Assembly: GCF_006345805.1 (NCBI RefSeq) | Contig: NC_043001.1 | Coordinates: forward strand, 23,498,001-23,562,000 | From: Octopus sinensis | Taxonomy: Eukaryota | Direction: 5' to 3' | DNA length: 64,000 nucleotides | Shown: in pieces, positions 49,926 through 63,687 of the stretch | How the letters are laid out: each line of letters starts with the position of its first letter | Numbering within the stretch: the first letter of the stretch is position 1 | Translations under genes and position numbers: made by a program | Notes under the pieces: model-generated | Databases searched by the model: none | Told to the model about the DNA's origin: nothing | Seen by the model: the letters and a program-made list of their open reading frames with translations, nothing else

Positions 49926-51470
49926 AGACAGGGCTGTGTATGAATGTGCATAATATTCAGAATGTATTCTTAATTATATGATGACTGGCATCCGTGCTAG
50001 TGGAGCGCTAAGAGTAACATACAAGTAAGACCATTGCCAGAGCAACAAGCTGGCCTCCGTGCCGATGGCATGTTAAAAGCACCATTCGAGGGTGATCATT
50101 ATCTGCGTTGCCTTACTAGCACTTGTGCTGGTGGCACGTAAAAAAAACATTTGAGTGAGGTCATTGCCAGTGCCGCTGGACTGGCTCCTGTGCAGGTGGC
50201 ATATAAAAAGCACCATTTGAGTGTGGCCATTGCCAGTGGCATGCCAAAGCACCCACTACACTCTCGGAGTGGTTGGCATTAAGAAGGGCATCCAACTGTA
50301 GAAACTCTGCCAGATCAGATTGGTGTCTGGTGCAGCCATCTGATTCGCCAGACCTCAGTCAAATCGTCCAACCCATGCTAGCATGGAAAGTGGACGTTAA
50401 ACGATGACGACGACGATGATGAACATTGATAGAAATCATTGAAAGAAAACAGTTATAACAATTTTGTTGAAATTTCTGTTTAACTCTTTAAGATTCAAAT
50501 TACCCTGTCAAATATAATTCCTTTTTATTCACATTGTTTGAATTAATCAGACATTATCTTACAGCTTTGAGATTTTGATAATGTAATTGTTTATTTTAAA
50601 AATATTTATGTCCTCTACTATATCCTCGGGCCGACCAAAGTCTTGTGAGTGAATTTGGTAGACGGAAACTGAATCCGATCGTGGCCGTTGCCAGCGCCGC
50701 CCCGACTAGCCTCCGTGCCGGTGGCACGTAAAAAGCACCATCCATCCGTGGCTGTCTGCCACCTGTGCGGGTGGCACGTAAAAAGTACCCACTACACTCT
50801 CAGAGTGGTTGGCGTTAGGAAGGGCATCCAGCCGTAGAAACACTGCCAGATCAGACTGGGCCTGAAGCAGCCTTCTGGCTTCACAGACCCCAGTTGAACC
50901 GTCCAACCCATGCTAGCATGGAAAGCAGACATTAAACGATGATGATGATGATGATGATAGGTGTGGGAGGACAAATTTGGTCTGTTTGAACATAAAACAT
51001 GTAGAATGTTTGGGTCAGGTAGGGCCAGTTTGAATGCTAAAGAGTTAAGATGGCTACATGCTCAAAATTAAATCTGGTAAAAAATCAAACTATTTAAGTT
51101 GTCAGATAAATTTATGCTTTTTTTTTGTTTTTATTTCCCCACCACATTTATTTTAAACCTTTCCAATATTATTTGAATTAACACAAAAAATATTTTTAGC
51201 AAAATGTTTTAATGCTTTTTTTCCTAACTCTACTTCTCCTCTACAACTTTTGTTTATTATTTCTGAAACTGGAATAAATTTTACCTCTTTTCAAACACAT
51301 GATAACAGAATGCTAAGTAGAAAAAAGTGAAAAACTAAAACAAATGAATTTACCTGATGGCCCCATATAATAATTTTCTGTTCCTATTTTTAGTATTTCC
51401 CTCAGTGATATCAGACTGTCTTACATTTCTGTTGACATCCATAAGAGTCTTTTCATTTTCTTTCTTACAG

Positions 51471-51568
51471 AGTAAGTGACAACCAAAACACTCAACCAGT
51501 TAATGATTCACACACTTTCTCAAATGGATCTGTTTACCACACACCAGAAACAACTTTCAGACCTTCAG
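51471..51568 (+). CDS. ABCA3-like: ABCA exon 12, poorly conserved linker (VSDNQNTQPVND...TFRPSG)
   Basis: Pyrimidine tract plus cag, GTGAGT donor; 98 bp. It supplies exactly the phase 2 to phase 1 bridge needed between the flanking exons. No sequence motif supports it. Confidence 0.8.
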
Positions 51569-51770
51569 GTGAGTGTGGTCAATATCAACCTTTGTTGCAA
51601 AATATTTTGTTCCCTATTAGCAATTTAGTATTTAGCGTTGCATTTTTGAAGCATAGCAATTTAACATATCATGTAACTAATTTCTTGTTTTAACCCTTTT
51701 GTTATCATATCTCTATTGAAATACACTGCCTTTATGGGGGTGGGTGAGTGCTAAGCAGTGATATGTATAA

Positions 51771-52117
51771 ATGCAATGTCATTACCAGTTCGAATATGCT
51801 AATAACACATTCGGACTTGTAAACAAGCCATTCATTGTTTTGCCATGGAGAAAATTTCTCACTGTTGACAAATGGTGTGAGTATACCTAAATCAGCTTGC
51901 AGTGCCACCTATCCAGACTGTGAGATGCAAGCATTTCAGAGTGGTTATCTCCTCTTCAGTCACAGAAACTGGACGGTGGCATTGCAAGCTGATTTAGGTG
52001 TATTTACACCATTTGTCTACAGCAAGAAATTTTCTCCATGATAAAATACAATGAATGGTTTGTTTACGAGTCTAAACGTGCTATTAGCATATTTGAATTG
52101 GTTATTAACATTGCATC
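51771..52117. repeat. Diverged inverted repeat (arms about 148 bp, spacer about 50 bp), probable old MITE
   Basis: ATGCAATG...CCACCTATCCAG versus CTGGACGGTGG...CATTGCAT; no TSD recovered. Confidence 0.65.
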
Positions 52118-52820
52118 CCAGGTTATTTTGAAAATCATCATCATCATCATCATCTTCGTTTAACGTCCGCTTTCCATGCTAGTATGGGTTGGACGATTTG
52201 ACTGAGGGCTGGCAAACCAGATGGCTGCACCAGGCTCCAATCTTGATCTGGCAGAGTTTCTACAGCTGGATGCCCTTCCTAATGCCAACCACTCCAAGAG
52301 TGTAGTGGGTGCTTTTTACGTGCCACCGGCACGGGGGCCAGTCAGGCGGTACTGGAAATGACCTCACTCGAATCTTTTTACACATGCCACCAGCACAGGT
52401 GCCAGTAAGGCGATGCTGGTAATGATCACGTTCGAATGGTGCCTTTTACGTGCCACCGGCATAGAAGCCGGTTAGCCGCTCTGTCAACCATCACACTCGT
52501 ATGGTGCTCTTTGCACCCCGCTAGCACAGATGCTAGTCATCGAATTTGATTTTGGAGAATTTAGGAAAATAACTTTGTCAGTATTAAGATGGTGTTTGGA
52601 ATATAAATTAACATGAAATTTTCATAGAAGGTTTTTATTTAGATCACTTTAAATATGAATTCATTTGTCTATTGAAAGAATAGTTATAAAAATGTTAAAA
52701 CATTACCTGCCACTTTTGAATTTATTTGTTGCTGGACCTGCTGTTATAAATATTATGTGTTGTTTAGAAAATTATTCACCTATGTATTTATATTGATATC
52801 ATGTTTTATTTTTGTTGCAG

Positions 52821-53822
52821 GACATAAGAAAATAACTGGATTCTTTTTAAGTCTTCAACAATTTCGTGCAATGTTTTTAAAGAAAGTAATTTACACTTGG
52901 AGAAATAAATTCTTGAGCATCAGCCAGATTCTTGTACCTTTGGTTTTCACCATTATTGCACTGATTGTTGTGAAAACATTTCCAACTCAGGATGACTTTC
53001 CTTCACTTTTACTGAGTCCTGAAAAGTATGGCAAGAATATTATACCATTCAGTAATTCATTAAATGCCACTCCAGAGGAAGCAGGTATTACCATGTCCTA
53101 CCCAGACAAATCACTGAATAAAGACGTCGACTTTTTGAATATTAATAATGACACAAAGTCCAAGAACCCACCAAATATTACAAAATATCTTGGAGTTATT
53201 AGCATTGAAAACAAAGAAAAGTATAATGAGCAGTATATGATAGGTGCTGATTTAAGTGCAACATTTCCGGATCGTTACATTGCCTATTTTAATGGTCAGT
53301 CTTTCCATAGCAGTGCTATATCTTTGTCAGTGATGCTATCTGGCTTTCTAAGATATTTTCATCAACCCACTTCAAAAATTTCTTTTGTCAATCATCCACT
53401 TCCATTGACACAATCAGAAGCTTCATCTGCAGCAACACTGGACACTACTGCGTTTACATTATCAGTTATGATCTTATTTGGTATTAGTTTCTTGGCAGCA
53501 ACATTTAGTCTCTTCGTGATAAAAGAGCGATGTACAAAATCAAGGCATCTTCAATATATTAGTGGTGTATATCCATTCAACTTCTGGATATCAGTATATA
53601 TCTGGGACCTGATGACTTTCCTTGTAACTTCTATATGTGTGATAATAACTTTTGTTTGCTTTGACATTAAAGCATACTATCAAGATGGACATTCTGCAGC
53701 AATTTTGCTTTTGTTTTTCATGTACAGTACAGCTGCACTTCCCTTCACATATTTGTTGTCCTTCATTTTCAAAACACCAACATCAGGTTTTGTTTGGTTG
53801 GCTCTCATTAACATCGTCTCAG
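52821..53822 (+). CDS. ABCA3-like: ABCA exon 13, 1002 bp: first TMD2 helix, ECD2 and further TM helices
   Basis: ttgcag/GTAAAT; lies within ORF 52757..53881; QQFRAMFLKK...WRN, NHPLP and IKER..KSRHLQYISGV motifs; phase 1 to 1. Confidence 0.96.
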
Positions 53823-53946
53823 GTAAATTACTAATTATTTCTATCAATATAGTTATCTCTATGTATAAATATACATTTTAATTTCTGATACTTCCACCTC
53901 CAAAGGAATCCTGCGTAATTTCCATAATTTTTATCTTCAATTTTAG

Positions 53947-54141
53947 GGCTTCTAAGTGTATTAGCTGTCAACATCATGAGTATACCTGCGCTGAATCTTA
54001 CTGACGTAGCAGACATATTGCGTTGGGTCTTTCTTGTTATTTCACCTGAGTTTTGTCTTGGCCAAGGTCTCATTGATTTTTACGGCAATTATCAGTTGCA
54101 TGAAAGGTGTGATAAACATCCCCCTATGGCAGGCTGTGAGG
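53947..54141 (+). CDS. ABCA3-like: ABCA exon 14 (LRWVFLVISPEFCLGQGL..CEG)
   Basis: ttttag/GTAAGT after a 124-bp intron; P.FCLG.GL motif; 195 bp, phase 1 to 1. Confidence 0.94.
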
Positions 54142-54619
54142 GTAAGTTTTCATTTTACTAGAAACTATTTTTTAACTATTTTACCATAAGGAAACTGGTG
54201 ATAGTTTGTTAAACTAATAGTGTATTTTTGGTATATAATTATTAACATGATCTAAATTTTTTACATTAATGAATTCTCAAGCAGCTTCTTGAGTATAGTT
54301 AAGAAATACTACTGAATAACTTGTAAGTTTTTTAAGAGCAAATAATTTTCATCTTTGATATTTGGTCGTATTCACCATCACAAACTGAAGCTTCAAGTTT
54401 TTGTCATTTATTATGCCATAGTTTGCCATACATCTCAATTCTCTTTTCACCATGTGAAACTCAACCTTCCAAAGTTCAATCTACCAAAGTCTCCTCTCCC
54501 CTTCTCTCTCTCTTACAGCTGCTGTTGCATAGAGTCTAAGAACTGGCACCAAACTAATAATTTTTAACTTCTTGCTATTACTTTGGAACTGATTCCCAGC
54601 AAACACTACTTATATAGAA

Positions 54620-55620
54620 AGCCAGGCAAGGACACAATGCACATATACAAAATTTCCGTCCAACTTCAGTCATTATAAATAACCTGAAAGATGGCATGTA
54701 TGAAAAAATTTCCCACCTGTCTTCTGACTGTATATCAGCTGAGGTTAAGTATGATGGGGTGCAATGGCTAATCTTGTGACTGCACAAATTGTCAACATGT
54801 GGAATGATTCACAAGTTTTGCAGTATTAGAGAGATGTCATACTGATTTCATTATACAAGGGAAAAGATCCAAAGTCAAACTCTGGTAATTTACATGGTAT
54901 TTTCTTACTTGTGAGTGTTGGTAAGATAGTTACCTGACTTTTATTGAATCAACTGCAGATATGCACATGCTACATTGTTGCCTCCAAGTTTCAATGTGGA
55001 ATTAGATCTGGTAGATGTACTACAGGTGATTTTAAGCATCAGACGATTATAAGAGCAATGCATATAGCAGAGACTCTCCTTTTGACAAGTTTTCATTGAT
55101 TTGAAAAAAAAATTGCTTTTGAAATGGTGAATTGAATCTTTGTATCTATGAATCTTGCAGCATCACATCCCTGCTACATTTATCTGAGACATAGATCTTG
55201 TATTAGTGGCACATCAAAATATTTGAAAGATCTCACCAAAAGTACCAAAAGACTTGTATTAAACATTAGTTGCAAATCTTCTACACTTGACACAGATGTA
55301 CTTAAAAATCTTGGATGGCTCAGTATGAAAGCTTGACTTATCAAGTATCACATCTGATGTGTTGGTCATGTCTTCCATATTGAGGATTTCAGGTTTCTGA
55401 AGCAATTATTTTATGGGGAATTAGTTATCAGTAAACATCACCAGCGCAAGCAGAAAAAAAAAAAAAGAAAGAGATTCTGTAATGTCATGAAGTTAAAAGA
55501 CAGGAAGAAAGACTTCAAAATAGGAAGCAGTAGAGAACAATATCAAATCTCTTGGAAAGAAGCTGGATATCAGATTTACTTAGCGAGAAGAGAATCAGAA
55601 ACTAAATGATTTGTATACAT
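54620..55620 (+). mobile_element. Highly decayed RTE/BovB-like LINE relic (approx.)
   Basis: Scattered remnants: D.ISAEV.KY.G, LYKGK.PKS.SGN.HGI.LL.SVGK, QCGIRSGR.T and GHV.H.ED.R..KQLFYGEL. Confidence 0.55.
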
Positions 55621-56635
55621 TCTGCTTCATGAGGGTAAAGGTGTGGCAGAGAATTGAGGTGTCGTTGGGAAGAAAAGTATATGGAAATATAGTGGAACAC
55701 TTGTCCTTACTTGTCCCTACTGACATTGTAAAGAAAGAGGGATGGAAGTTTGTTTATGAGACAATGTTGAATGAGGAGAATCCATAGAAATGTGGGGGGC
55801 GTCTACAGTATATATAGAGACAAGAAAATGAAATTGTTTGGGGTATGGTTTAAAGTGCAGTTAGTTCATGAAGGCAGAAAAGGCAACTGGGCCATTGGGG
55901 ATTGATCCTGAGATGTTTGAAATATCTGACAAAAGTTGGGCATATACTTAGTCACTTGCATGTTCAGTTGGGTAGTACAAAGAAGGTTTTATACACATTG
56001 TGGAATCATGTAAAAGTGCCTGTGTGGTACCACATAAAAGCACCTGTGTGGTTCCATGTGAAAGTACCCAGCACACTCTGTAAAGTGGTTGGTGTTAGGA
56101 AGAGCATCGAGCCATGGAAACCGAGCCAAATTAGACTGGAGTCTGGTGAAGCTCCCCAGCTTGCCAGCTTTGGTCAAACCATCCAACCCATGCAAGCATA
56201 GACAATGGATGCTAAATAATAATAATAATAATAATAATTATCATCATCATCATCATCATGAAGAAGAAGAAGGTGGTATCAAACTGATAGACCAGGTTAT
56301 GGAAGTTATGGAAAGAGTTACATCCCAATTGATTAAGTTTTGTTCCAAGAAGAGGAACTACAGATGCCCCCTTTCTAATAAGACCTGTTCACCATAGCAG
56401 AATTGATATCAGTGCTGGACACATTAAAAGTACTGGTGCACCCAGTTCACACTGTGAAGTTGTTGGTGTTAGGTAGGGCATCCAGCCATAGAAACCATAA
56501 CAGAGCAGACAACAGGAGCCTGGTGCAGTCCCCTGGTCTTACTAACTCTGGTCAAACCAGCTAACCCATACCTGCATGGAAAATGGACATTTGATGATGA
56601 TGATGATGATGATGATGTTGATGATGACGACAACT

Positions 56636-56670
<35 letters not shown>

Positions 56671-57410
56671 CACGTGCATATGTATATGTACACATGTGTG
56701 TACATGCATGCATATATACATAAATCTAAAGCTGAAGCTGGTATTCCTTTGACCTATTCAGCTGCTACTGGGTAGGAAACGTAAGGACAACACCTTTTGG
56801 TTTGCCCATTTGTTTCCTCATGGAAGCACTCCATCGGTTATGACGACGAGGGTTCCGGTTGATCCGAATCAACAGAACAGCCTGCTCGTGAAATTAACGT
56901 GTAAGTGGCTGAGCACTCCACAGACACGTGTACCCTTAACGTAGTTCTCGGGGATATTCAGCGTGACACAGAGAGTGACAAGGCCAGCCCTTTGAAATAC
57001 AGGTACAACAGAAACAGGAAGTAAGAGCGAGAGAAAGTTGTGGTGAAAGAGTACTGCAGGGATCACCACCATCCCCTGCCGGAGCCTTGTGGAGCTTTTA
57101 GGTGTTTTCGCTCAATAAACACTCACAACGCCTGGTCTGGGAATCGAAACCGCGATCCTATGACCGCGAGTCCGCTACCCTAACCACTGGGCCATTGCGC
57201 CTCCACTTTGTTTCCTCATACATCTTCTTTAATGCTATTTTGCTTTCAAACTTGGCTTGAATATAAATTAAGGTAAAGACTACCTTGTCTAGGAACAATT
57301 TACTGGCAGGTCTAGTGTGGGTTTTTTTCTGCATTCACTTCACAATTTTAAATGTAAAATAATGAACATGCTGTGATATATAGTTTACTTACTATAATTA
57401 TTTGTTTCAG

Positions 57411-57892
57411 GTTCATCGTTCAACAAAAATTACCTTGGCTGGGATGGAAGTGGCATAGGAAAGCCGTTGATCTTTTTATTTATGCAAAATATTTTCACCT
57501 TATTCTTGCTTATTTTGGTTGAGTCATCAGTTTTTGAAAAAATTGTTTATTCATTAAAACAGTTGTTCTCAAGAAACAAAATTCAGACTGCTGTTGGTAA
57601 TGTCAATCCTACAAGTATTGATAATGATGTGGCTGCTGAACAAGTGCGAGTACAGAATTACTATCAACTTCATAACGATGTAATTGTGGTAAAAGGTGTT
57701 TCAAAAGTGTATGGCTCATTAGTAGCTGTAGACCATATTAGTGTTGGAATCCCTGCTGGAGAATGTTTTGGTTTACTTGGGATCAATGGGGCTGGTAAAA
57801 CATCAACTTTTAAAATGCTGACTGGTGATGAACGAATTTCCAGTGGAATGATTTATATCAATGGTGTTAGTCTGAAGTCTAATATACGACAG
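57411..57892 (+). CDS. ABCA3-like: ABCA exon 15, last TMD2 helix and NBD2 Walker A (GECFGLLGINGAGKTSTFKMLTGD)
   Basis: tttcag/GTAAAC; D.DV..E..RV and GECFGLLG.NGAGKT motifs; 482 bp, phase 1 to 0. Confidence 0.97.
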
Positions 57893-58335
57893 GTAAACAA
57901 TTTTTTGTTCAGTTTTCTGTAGCTTATGACTTTTATTAACTATAAATGATTTTTTTTGTTATTAGTCTTGGCAGGATCATTAGCACACTTGAGTTCAAAT
58001 TCTGCTGAGGTCGACTTTACCTTTTATCTTTTCAAAATCAATAAAATAAATACCAGTCAAGTATTGAGGTTGATATAATTGACTTCCCCCTCCCCTCAAA
58101 AACTACTGGCTCTGTATCAGAATTTGAAACTATTAATTATAAAAAACTTTTGACAGCACTGTCTTAAATATTTTACGATCATTTGAATATTAGATGCAGT
58201 TTGTTAGTTATTTCAAATCTTTGTCACCCTCTTGTGTTATTTCTGAGGATTGAGTGAGGTCATTGTTTAACTAAACTATAGAGGATTTTGTGGACTTGCA
58301 TTGCTGAATATGTTATGAATACAGCTTGGAAAGTA

Positions 58336-58894
58336 TTGGGTTGTCCGGAAAGTTTGTGCTGATTTATAGTAGCTTACCTTTTGACTTATTTTAGAATATG
58401 GTTGAGTCCATAAAATAGGATTTGACTACACCTTCATTTAGAGCACAGTTTAAGCTATCTTCTCGTTGAAGAAGGTTTATGTTCCTATAACCTGTGTTAA
58501 TTCTGTAACCCTTTAAAATAGAAGATAAGAAAGTTCATTTTTGGCAATTGATGCTTTGGGAAGCAGACAAAAATTGCTGCAGCTCAGCTGGGATGTGTTA
58601 CCCCACCCTTCATATTCACCAGTTATTAGCTCCTTTGGATTTCCACTTATTTGCAGAATAGTCTTAACGGTAAAAATTTCAATTCCTTGGATAACATAAA
58701 AAGATACCTTGATGAATTCTTTGCCATGAAACCACCCCAATTCTGGGAAGAGGGTATTTTCAAGTTAAAGGAAAGATGGAGACGCATTGTGCAATAAAAT
58801 GGTTCATATTTGGTTGATTAAAAATGTAATGGCAAGTATTTATTGACCTTTTTCTTTCCTTTAAAAATCAGCACGGACTTTCCAGACACCCCAA
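58336..58894 (+). mobile_element. Internally deleted mariner, same family as 5261-5775
   Basis: Same TIR with TA flanks; similar deletion structure and C-terminal remnant. Confidence 0.9.
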
Positions 58895-58920
58895 TATTTC
58901 CTTGGTGTGATTTCGATTAA

Positions 58921-59140
58921 CCCTTTAGCATTCAAACGAGTCATATCTGGCCAAAATATTCTATTGGTTTTATGTTCAAACTGGCTAGATCTGGCCTCTC
59001 ACACCAACCCTACAATATCGGTCTAAAAATTAACAGTTACCTCATCAAAATCTCAAAGCCACAAGATAATGCAAGATTAACTCAAAACAATGTGAATAAA
59101 TAAGCGTTACTTTTGATGAAATAATTTGAATGCGAAAGGG
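58921..59140. mobile_element. piggyBac-type MITE, subfamily B (220 bp)
   Basis: TTAA|CCCTTTAG...AAAGGG|TTAA; reverse orientation of 26746-26965. Confidence 0.82.
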
Positions 59141-61019
59141 TTAATTATCTGTTGCTGGATACATGTAATTAGGAACAATTTCTATGTACTTAATTTTTAA
59201 ACAAATAAATATTAGGCCAGTCAGGCGGTACTGGCAACAGCCACGCTCAAATGGTGTTTTTTACGTGCCATCTGCACAGGAGCCAGTCCAGGGCCACTGA
59301 CAACGACCTTGTTCGAATGTGTTTTCATGTGCCACCAGCACAAATAAATTTTTTTTTTTTTTTTTTCATTTTTGTATTTGGTTTGCAAGGTTCATGATGT
59401 GAACTCATGTCTTGAAACATGATCTGTTGTATCTCAGGAGAACTGTTATTTCAATAATAAGCATTGTGCATATGTTAAACATATGCACAGTGTTTATTGT
59501 TGGCAAAACAGTTTAGTATAGAGCAGCTAACGGGCTTCCGTGCCGGTGGCACGTAAAAAGCACCATTCGAGTGTGCTCATTACCAGCTTCACCTTACTGG
59601 CACTTGTGCTGGTGGCACATAAAAACACATTCGAGCGAGGTTATTGCCAGTGCCCCTGGACTGGCTCCTGTGCAGATGGCACGTAAAAAGCACCATTTGA
59701 GCGTGACTGTTGCCAGTACCGCCTGACTGACCCTCATGCCGGTGGCACATAAAAGCACCTACTACACTCTCGGAGTGGTTGATGTTAGGAAGGGCATCCA
59801 GCTGTAGAAACTCTGCCAGATCAAGATTGGAGCCTGGTGCAGCCATCTGGTTCACTAGTCCTCAGTCAAATTGTCCAACCCATGCTAGCCTGGAAAGCGG
59901 ACATTAAACGATGATGATGATGATGATGATTTAGCATTCAAATTTTTCTCTCAAATGTAATGCTTGTTTATTCACATTGTTTTGAATTAACTCTACATTG
60001 TCTCATAGCTTTGAGATTTCAATGATGTAATTGTTAATTTTACAAGGACATTATAGGGCAGGTGTGAGAAGCTGGACATGGCCGGTTTAAATGCTAAAGG
60101 TTTAAAGCCAACAATTTCGAGGGTGGTGTTAAGTCTCCAGTGTTCAACTGGTACTGATGTTCATTGACTCCGAAAAATGAAAGGTAAAGTCGATCTTGGT
60201 GGAATTTGAACTCAGAACATAAAGACACACAAAATTCTGTAACCATTTTGCCTCTACAACTCACCACCTTGAGATCCAACAAAATATTGATTGATTGAAG
60301 CATATACAATGTTAAAACTGATTGAGTTAGGTTCTCTTGCTCAAATAGGTTTTCTATAGTGTATAGACAAATCAATGTAACAGGGAGACATTGGGTTAGT
60401 AATTATAAATTCATACTTAAAATCATGTTTCTACTTAGAACCAAATACTAAAGTTGTGAGATTCTGATGAATATTAAAAAAATTATTCTACTTTAAGCAC
60501 CCCTCATAACTTTTTAATTCTTAGGAATTTTCTGAAAATCTTTGCTAGTTAGTGTTTTATACATGGGAAATCATATGATTTGCCACCCCCACCCCACCAA
60601 AGACTTTTTTGGTGCGTGATTTAAGGGCTATTTAGCTGTTATTTTTAGCACATTTCATGACCACCTGATACCCTCCTCATTTGTTTGTCATTCTGATGTA
60701 TTGATGTTTTTCAATATCTTTCTTTCCGTAAACACATTTAATAGTCTATTGTTGGGATTTAAGCAAAAAAAATTGAGACTGTCCATATTTTAAACTGATT
60801 TTTTAAAAACGTTCAAAAAATTTTAAAGCAAAAATTCTTTTCAAAATTTGAAAAAGTAAAAAAATTTTTTTTCATTAGTCAAAAGAATTCGCATGTGTTG
60901 AACACAAATTTGAAAAATCTTCTGATAATTCCTAAAACTGAAAATTCGGATGGTGTGCTTAAAGCAGAATCCCACCAATTATTTCTTGATAATATTAATT
61001 TCCAGTTTCTCCTTTGTAG

Positions 61020-61207
61020 ATTCAGCGTTACATAGGCTATTGTCCTCAATTCGATGCTCTTATTGAATGCTTGACTGCTCGAGAGATTTTAAATATGTTT
61101 GCCTCAATCCGAGGTGTTCCACCAAAGATAATTCCACAAACAGTTAATGATCTGATTGAAGAATTGATGCTACAGAAATATGCTGATAAACAGGTGAAAA
61201 CATACAG
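61020..61207 (+). CDS. ABCA3-like: ABCA exon 16, NBD2 Q-loop (IGYCPQFDAL...YADKQVKTYS); gene continues past the window
   Basis: tttgtag/GTGGGT; GYCPQFDA motif; 188 bp ending in phase 2 just before the expected SGG signature. No further exon found up to 64000. Confidence 0.96.
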
Positions 61208-61259
61208 GTGGGTTTTAATACATCATACTTTGACTCACCAACAACACCACTGACTTTGA

Positions 61260-61445
61260 CTCACCAACAACAACACTGAACACCTTTTTGATCTCCATGT
61301 GTCTAACACACGTGGACATGCCTACAAAGTCAGAAAACAACGCAGCTCCCATGACTTTCGGAAACATTTTTTCACGCTCAGAGTTGCTGAAGCATGGAAT
61401 AAACTGCCATGCTTTCCGAAATCCGCCGAAACTACACCTGATTAT
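61260..61445 (+). mobile_element. CR1-like LINE 3' fragment (approx.)
   Basis: NTRGHAYKVRKQ...RKHFFTLRVAEAWNKLP matches the CR1 TRGH...FF..RV...WN.LP terminus. Confidence 0.78.
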
Positions 61446-63623
61446 ATATACACTTTAGATGAGTTGTAGTGCACCTGAGCACTGTACACAATTATTATTA
61501 TTATATTATATTATATTATATATTGATAGCCTTCAGAACAAAAAAGATGTCTTTTTCATTTAGACATTATAAACAAAACAAAATATTTGTGAATGGTTAT
61601 ACATACCTTTTAGAGTTTCTGTATGTATTTATATTGCATTGCACCATTGCACCTAGCTGTTTATATTAATTTTTTTATATATGCATTAGAAGTCTGCTAA
61701 ATCATCCATAGATTTTTATGGTAAATGCATATATGCTGACAGACGGAATTGCACGATATCTGCCAAACGGAAATAGGAAAAATGAAATGTTTAGTTTAAG
61801 GAATTCTCAAATCAGCAGTGGGGCAATTACATCCCCTGTCAGCATGTGTGTATATGTGCTTTTCCTACAACATTAAGAGCATTTTAGCTCTTATTTCTAG
61901 CACTGTAGGTGTCTGGATACTCTTAGTCACATTAAGTTACAATTGAATTCTTCCTTTATGGTACCACATGGCATCTAGCTGTTTATATTTAATTTTATAT
62001 ATATATAGGCATAGGAGTGGCTGTGTGGTAAGTAGCTTGTTTACCAACCACATGGTTCCAGGTTCAATCCCACTGAGTAACATTTTGGGCAAGTGTCTTC
62101 TATTATAGCCTTGGGTCGACCAAAGCCTTGTGAGTAGATTTGGTAGACAGAAACTGAAAGAAGCCCGTCGTATATATGTATATATATATATATATATATG
62201 TTTGTGTGTCTGTGTTTGTCCCCCCCAACATCGCTTGACAATTGATGCTGGTGTATTTACATCACTGTAACTTAGCGGTTCAGCAAAAGAGACCGATAGA
62301 ATAAGTACTAGGCTTACAAAGAATAAGTCCTGGGGTCGATTTGTTCGACTAAAGGCGGTGCTCCAGCAAGGCCACAGTCAAATGACTAAAACAAGTAAAA
62401 GAGTAAAGAGAATATATATGTGTGTGTGTGTGTATCTAAATGAGTTTTTGTATACTTTTGCCCTCCATTGGTTACGATGATGAGGGTCCCTTTCTGTTTG
62501 TGAAATTGACATGCAAGTGACTGAGCACTCGACCGACACGGGTACCCTTAACGTAGCTCTCAGGGAGATTCATTGTGACACAGAATGCAACAAGGCTGGC
62601 CCTTGAATTATGGGTACAACTCTTTGCCAGCTGAGTGAACTGGAGCAATGTGAAATAAACTGTCTTGTTCAAGGATACAACATGCCACCAGGACTTGAAC
62701 TCACAGCCCTTTGTTTGTGAGTCAAATAACCCTAACCATCATGTGTCTGAGTTTTTCTATATGCTGAGACCCCCTACGGTCATGAATGACCATGGGATTG
62801 CACCTAGAAAATTACCCTCCAAGGCACAATTCTGGGCAAGGTTGTTTATGGAAGACCAGCAATCACCCATGCATAACAGCCTCCCCTCTCCAAGGGAAAG
62901 GCAAAGGCTGATACAGCTTGGCACCTGTGACGTCGCAACTCATTTCTACAGCTGAGTTAACTGGAGCAACATGAAATAAAGTGTCTTGCTCAAGAACACA
63001 ATATGTAGCCCGGTCCGGGATTCAAACTCACAACTTCGCGATCGTAAGCTTGACGCTCTAACCACTGAGCCATGCACCTTCACTACGTTTTTATATATAT
63101 GATTTATATATAGAGTGTTTTTATGTGTATGATTTAGAGTTTTTATATATGGCTGCTATGAATAAAAATGTTTTGAAAAATGAACTTTCTGAGAATTTGT
63201 ACAGTAGCAATGATATTGGAGGTTCTGCCACAAACACGAGGAGACACACTCTTATAAGGAATTTATCAAAGTATATATAAATGCTAAATCTTATAATAAT
63301 TCTGCTTGATCCTTCATTACTTGGCCTGTTTGTAACACTTTCATATGATCATCTGGAGGGGAAAGAGAAAGGGAGAGGTAGTGGTGAGAGAAATATACTC
63401 TTTACTCTTTTACTTGTTTCAGTCAGTTGACTGTGGCCATGCTGGAGCACCGCCTTTAGTCAAGCAAATCGACCCCAGGACTTATTTTTTGTAAGCCTAG
63501 TACTTATTCTATCGGTATCTTTTGCCAAACCGCTAAGTTACGGGGACGTAAACACACCAGCATCTGCGGTTAGCAATGTTGGCGGGTACAAACACAGACA
63601 CACAAATATATACACACACACAA

Positions 63624-63687
<64 letters not shown>

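Noticed and set aside
51471-51477. GTAAGT donor consensus one base after the exon 12 acceptor (1-nt exon or recursive site)
   Set aside because: Using it would shift the frame into exon 13, and it is not the AG|GT arrangement of recursive sites.
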